DNA from: Polyangiaceae bacterium
Lineage (GTDB): Bacteria; Myxococcota_A; Polyangia; Polyangiales; Polyangiaceae
Reading direction: 5' to 3'
Length of the DNA stretch: 29,070 bases
Assembly: GCA_044222475.1 (NCBI GenBank)
Contig: JBGANF010000105.1
Coordinates: 1-29,070 of the forward strand
Below, one piece after another: positions 25,658 through 29,070 of this stretch. A model generated the notes under the pieces. It searched no databases. It was not told the origin of the DNA and saw only the letters and a list, made by a program, of their open reading frames with translations. The first letter of the stretch is position 1. Each line of letters starts with the position of its first letter. The translations under genes and the position numbers were made by a program.

Positions 25658-26365
25658 ATGCCCGCGACTCGTCGGAGGCCGCTGACCCCCGAGCGCATCC
25701 TGTCTGGCGCGATCGACACGGTGCGCGCCGCCGCGGAGGCGGTCCCTCGGTCGGGCGCGATCACGGTCGAGATCTACGTCGAGGCGCGGGCAGTCCTCGA
25801 GCCGTTGCTCGACGAGCGTCTGCTCGACGACGTGGTGCCCTTGATCGAGCGCCACGGCCCGCACTCCCGCATCAGTCTTCACCCGCGCATGTCCGAGGGA
25901 CCGATGACGATCGGCGAGCTCTTGGAGGAGGACCATCACCGCCTCGCGACGCTCGAGGGTCGGTTGGCTACGCTGGCTCGGGAGCGTCACGTCGACACGG
26001 TGGTCGCTGCGACGCTGCTCGCCGAGGGTCTTCGCCGGCACGTCCACATCGAGGAGACGCTGGTGATCCCTGCGTACCGCGCCCACGGCGACGCTGCGGT
26101 CGAGCTTGCTGCGTCGTTCGTCCACCGCGAGCACGAGCTGATCGTCCGCCAGGTGAACCTCGTCCTCGATCACGCGCGGCGGCGGATCGGCGGCGACGCG
26201 GGCGACGACCGATGGGCGCGTGACACGCTCCAGGCACTCGAGTTCCTGCGCGCCATCGAGGAGGAGCACACGAAGCGCGAAGAGCGCGCACTGTTCCCGC
26301 GGCTCGACCGATTCCTGTCGCCCGAGGCGCAGCGCGACTTGGTGCGTCGCATCGTCCTATTCTGA
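25658..26365 (+). CDS. hemerythrin (HHE) domain protein with N-terminal extension
   Basis: EEDHHRL, RHVHIEETLVIP, REHELI, EHTKREERALFP ligand pattern; start uncertain. Confidence 0.85.
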   Translation: MPATRRRPLTPERILSGAIDTVRAAAEAVPRSGAITVEIYVEARAVLEPLLDERLLDDVVPLIERHGPHSRISLHPRMSEGPMTIGELLEEDHHRLATLEGRLATLARERHVDTVVAATLLAEGLRRHVHIEETLVIPAYRAHGDAAVELAASFVHREHELIVRQVNLVLDHARRRIGGDAGDDRWARDTLQALEFLRAIEEEHTKREERALFPRLDRFLSPEAQRDLVRRIVLF

Positions 26366-26369
26366 GATC

Positions 26370-26876
26370 ATGAAACCTCGACGCGTGACCGAGTGGCTCG
26401 TCGACGATCATCGCCGATTGCACGCGCTGCTCGAGCGAGCGCGAACGAGTGTGCCCTTCGACAGAGAGGCATTCGCTGCGTTCCGTGCCGGTCTCCTGCG
26501 TCACATCGCCATCGAGGAGAAGCTCCTCCTCCCTGCCGCGCGACGCGCGCGCGGCGGGGTCGCGATCGAGCGGGCGTGGGACCTGAGGATGGACCACGCG
26601 GCGTTGACCTCGCTCCTCGTTCCGACGCCGGATGCGGCGCTCGTCGGCGAGATCCTGTCGATCTTGGTTCCGCACGACGACAAGGAAGAAGGTGCCTCCG
26701 GCGTGTACGCCGAGTGCGAGAAGCTCATGTCGGAAGCCGAGTCGCAGGCGCTCACCGAGCGCGCGCTCGCTCTGCCTTCCATTCCGCTCGCGGCCCACTT
26801 CGATGGCCCCGGTGCCCTGCGGACCGCGCAGGCCGCGCTCGCATCGGCGCAGCGCCTTCGGCGGTCGAAACCTTGA
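26370..26876 (+). CDS. hemerythrin (HHE) domain protein
   Basis: DDHRRL, RHIAIEEKLLLP, MDHAAL, PHDDKEE; ATG 4 bp after the previous stop. Confidence 0.85.
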   Translation: MKPRRVTEWLVDDHRRLHALLERARTSVPFDREAFAAFRAGLLRHIAIEEKLLLPAARRARGGVAIERAWDLRMDHAALTSLLVPTPDAALVGEILSILVPHDDKEEGASGVYAECEKLMSEAESQALTERALALPSIPLAAHFDGPGALRTAQAALASAQRLRRSKP

Positions 26877-26977
26877 GCCGCACGCGAGAGAGCGCTCCGC
26901 GTCTCGGGGCATAGGAGGAACGCTCGGGGGGATGCGCGGGGTCAGCTTGCCGCCGGTGCCACCGAGGAGGCCCTAGT

Positions 26978-28360
26978 TCACTCCGTCGTCTCGTAGACGC
27001 GTGGGAAGCTCTGAGCGTCGCTCTCGGGCTCGATCTCGAGGTCCGTCTCTTCGAGCCCCGGGACGACCTCACATGGGCCTCCTCCCCCCTTGGCGTAGTG
27101 CACGCTCTGCGTCACCTTGCCGACCACCTTGAAGACATGATTCCTGCCGGGAGGATCACACGGTGGGCTGAAGTCCACCCGACGAACGTATTGGGGATCG
27201 CATGAGGCCGCCCGCTGATACACGGCGGCCCGAGTGCACTGCGCATCCAAATAGAACTGCTCGCTCACCTCGTCACCGGGGATACATCGCAGCACGCCAT
27301 CGGCAGCGACCCGCGCGGCGCACGGTACGCCATGCACGGCATCCCACAACGAAGCACTGCCAACCTGAGCGCCACCCTCCACTTCGTAGCGAAAGGTCGA
27401 AAGCGGCGTCTCCGCCGAAGGAGCCACCGTCAGCTTTGCGAATGACGTCAACGGCAGCTTCTCGCCGACAGGAACGTAGTCGACCGTCGCGGGCAAGAGC
27501 GAGCAAGTCGCTGGCCCACCCTTCGAAGAGAAGACGCTGTAGTAGCGACCTTTCGTCAGCGCTCCAACGGTGAACACGTCCAGCGTCGGCGCCTTTCCAC
27601 ATCCGAGCAGGCGCGTCGCGACGACCGGTTTCGACGGCGGGCATTCCCACTGGCCACCCGCTCGCACAGCGAGCGCAACCGATTGGGTGCACGACGCATC
27701 GCTGAAATACGTGGCGAACGTCGATTGGGTGGCAATACAGCGAAGCTCTCCGCCACCGACCTCGACGGGTCGACACTCCCCAGCGTGGGGCGCGGCATCT
27801 TCGATCGCGAACGGTGCGCGCGACCCGTCCTCGCCTTCGACGTACCGCATGGAGAGTTGGGATCCGCGCGGCTCGTCGACCTCGATGCCTTTCACGAAGT
27901 CGCCAGCTACCAGTGCTCGCTTTGCGAGATAGGCCTTCTGTTGGCCCGAGGCGAAGCAGCTCGTCCCGGTCTTCTCGTACACGTCCGTGGTCACCGGCGC
28001 GCCTCGTTCGAACAGGCGCGGTAGATCGCAGCCCCCGGCGAGGGCGAACGCTCCGGGAAGCGCTGTGTCACACGCCGCGGATCGCCGGTAGTAAGGCTGC
28101 GTGCAATTCGCGTCGCCGAACCTCTCGACGGCGGTCACCGTTGGAACGCAATGAAGCGCGCCGTCTTCACGTCGTTGAAACTCGCAATCGGCGTCGAGAA
28201 CGATGTCGTGAAAGCGTAGGAACTGTTTCGCGGTCCCGTCGCCGACCACCACCGCGCGGAGCCGTGAGCCGCTTCGCCACTCGGGCTTCGGCCCCGACTC
28301 CGACTCCGACGAGCAGGAGAAAGCGATACCGATGACGAGAAGAAGGAAGAACGTTCTCAA
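26978..28360 (-). CDS. Cys-rich lipoprotein with three tandem ~140-aa repeats
   Basis: Signal LRTFFLLLVIGIAFSC (TTG 28360 assumed; ORF is open to 28408); repeated DGxLxCxP and F/LxDAxCT motifs. Confidence 0.8.
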   Translation of the reverse strand: MRTFFLLLVIGIAFSCSSESESGPKPEWRSGSRLRAVVVGDGTAKQFLRFHDIVLDADCEFQRREDGALHCVPTVTAVERFGDANCTQPYYRRSAACDTALPGAFALAGGCDLPRLFERGAPVTTDVYEKTGTSCFASGQQKAYLAKRALVAGDFVKGIEVDEPRGSQLSMRYVEGEDGSRAPFAIEDAAPHAGECRPVEVGGGELRCIATQSTFATYFSDASCTQSVALAVRAGGQWECPPSKPVVATRLLGCGKAPTLDVFTVGALTKGRYYSVFSSKGGPATCSLLPATVDYVPVGEKLPLTSFAKLTVAPSAETPLSTFRYEVEGGAQVGSASLWDAVHGVPCAARVAADGVLRCIPGDEVSEQFYLDAQCTRAAVYQRAASCDPQYVRRVDFSPPCDPPGRNHVFKVVGKVTQSVHYAKGGGGPCEVVPGLEETDLEIEPESDAQSFPRVYETTE

Positions 28361-28448
28361 TTCCAGCAAGCCTGGCCTCTGCCTCTGCAGAGCGCAAGGA
28401 ATTCCCACTTGATGGGCGTCGACTGCCGGCCGCCATTGCGACGGTGGA

Positions 28449-29070
28449 TCAGGGTCGGCAGCAGATCGTTCGCTTCGTCGCGAGGTCGACCTTGGGCGTC
28501 GACGTGCCGGCGTTGCACGCCAAGCCCTGCACCGGGTTCTCGTAGGTGAAATGGCTCACGTGCTGATTCGTCGTCGGGTTGCACGCTCCGTTGGCGGTGA
28601 TGCTGCCGCGCGCCACGGTGCAGCTCGCGTCGTCCCAGTACTTCAGCGTCGCGGTGCCACACGTCCCCGCGACGTTGCAGGTCGTGCACGTGCCGCACTC
28701 GAGCGTAGCGTTCGGGCCGACGACGGCGGCCTTGTCGGTGAAGGTGTTTGGCGGACAGGCGACGTCGCCTGGAGCGGTCACGCACGAGCGCATGCCGGAC
28801 GGCACCTGGCCGTTGCACACGTCTTCGGCGCACGCGGTGGACGGGACGCACGTCCGCATCGGCGTGGACGTCAGCTTGCTCGTGTCGGGGCTCGGCGTTC
28901 CCGAGCACTTCCCTGGGGTCAGCGGTAGGGTCGAGAACTGGTTGTAGTTGCCGACGGTGACGGGGTTCGGGAACGCGGTGCATTGCCCGGCCGTCGCGAT
29001 CGTCCACTGGCCCCACGAGTTGCCGCACTGGTTGTCGTTGGCCCACTTGCCGGTCACCTGACCGATGGCG
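28449..29070 (-). CDS. Cys-rich secreted-type protein, C-terminal part (5' end outside window)
   Basis: Open frame from the window edge; many Cys/Thr/Gly; ends RTICCRP; GC-rich third positions. Confidence 0.8.
   Translation of the reverse strand, partial: AIGQVTGKWANDNQCGNSWGQWTIATAGQCTAFPNPVTVGNYNQFSTLPLTPGKCSGTPSPDTSKLTSTPMRTCVPSTACAEDVCNGQVPSGMRSCVTAPGDVACPPNTFTDKAAVVGPNATLECGTCTTCNVAGTCGTATLKYWDDASCTVARGSITANGACNPTTNQHVSHFTYENPVQGLACNAGTSTPKVDLATKRTICCRP

Noticed and set aside
26913..26976. AGGAGG followed by 14-codon ORF MRGVSLPPVPPRRP (26932-26976)
   Set aside because: SD spacing of 13 nt is long, the ORF is tiny and there is no independent support; it may be a gene remnant.

Overview
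High-GC (about 70%) bacterial chromosomal segment whose gene content points to Myxococcota, probably Polyangiales (inference from many Cys-rich lipoproteins, a eukaryotic-type Ser/Thr kinase with Cys-rich tail and a GRP/ferritin-like lipoprotein). It holds about 31 densely packed CDS: AKR/LysR pair, CBS protein, beta-propeller lipoprotein, PrsW protease, DUF885, YpfJ-type peptidase, GIY-YIG, thioredoxin-fold proteins, M15B peptidase, LamG-like lipoprotein, acyltransferase, GH13 plus aldose epimerase, kinase, membrane-fused spermidine-synthase-like protein and two hemerythrins. I found no rRNA, tRNA, CRISPR array, transposase or integrase. Most notable: (1) a PrsW protease with a lipoprotein signal and an apparent SecD-P1-like ectodomain; (2) a symmetric A-N3-TA-N3-T bidirectional -10 element at three tight divergent gene pairs, plus many apparently leaderless starts; (3) a 242-bp nested REP/REPIN-like element with a 9-bp duplication; (4) a full pacifastin-consensus domain in a lipoprotein missed by the ORF track; (5) a Cys-rich/GRP/diiron ferritin-like lipoprotein; (6) a frameshifted, internally deleted thioredoxin. 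All family assignments come from motif recognition by eye, with no database search.
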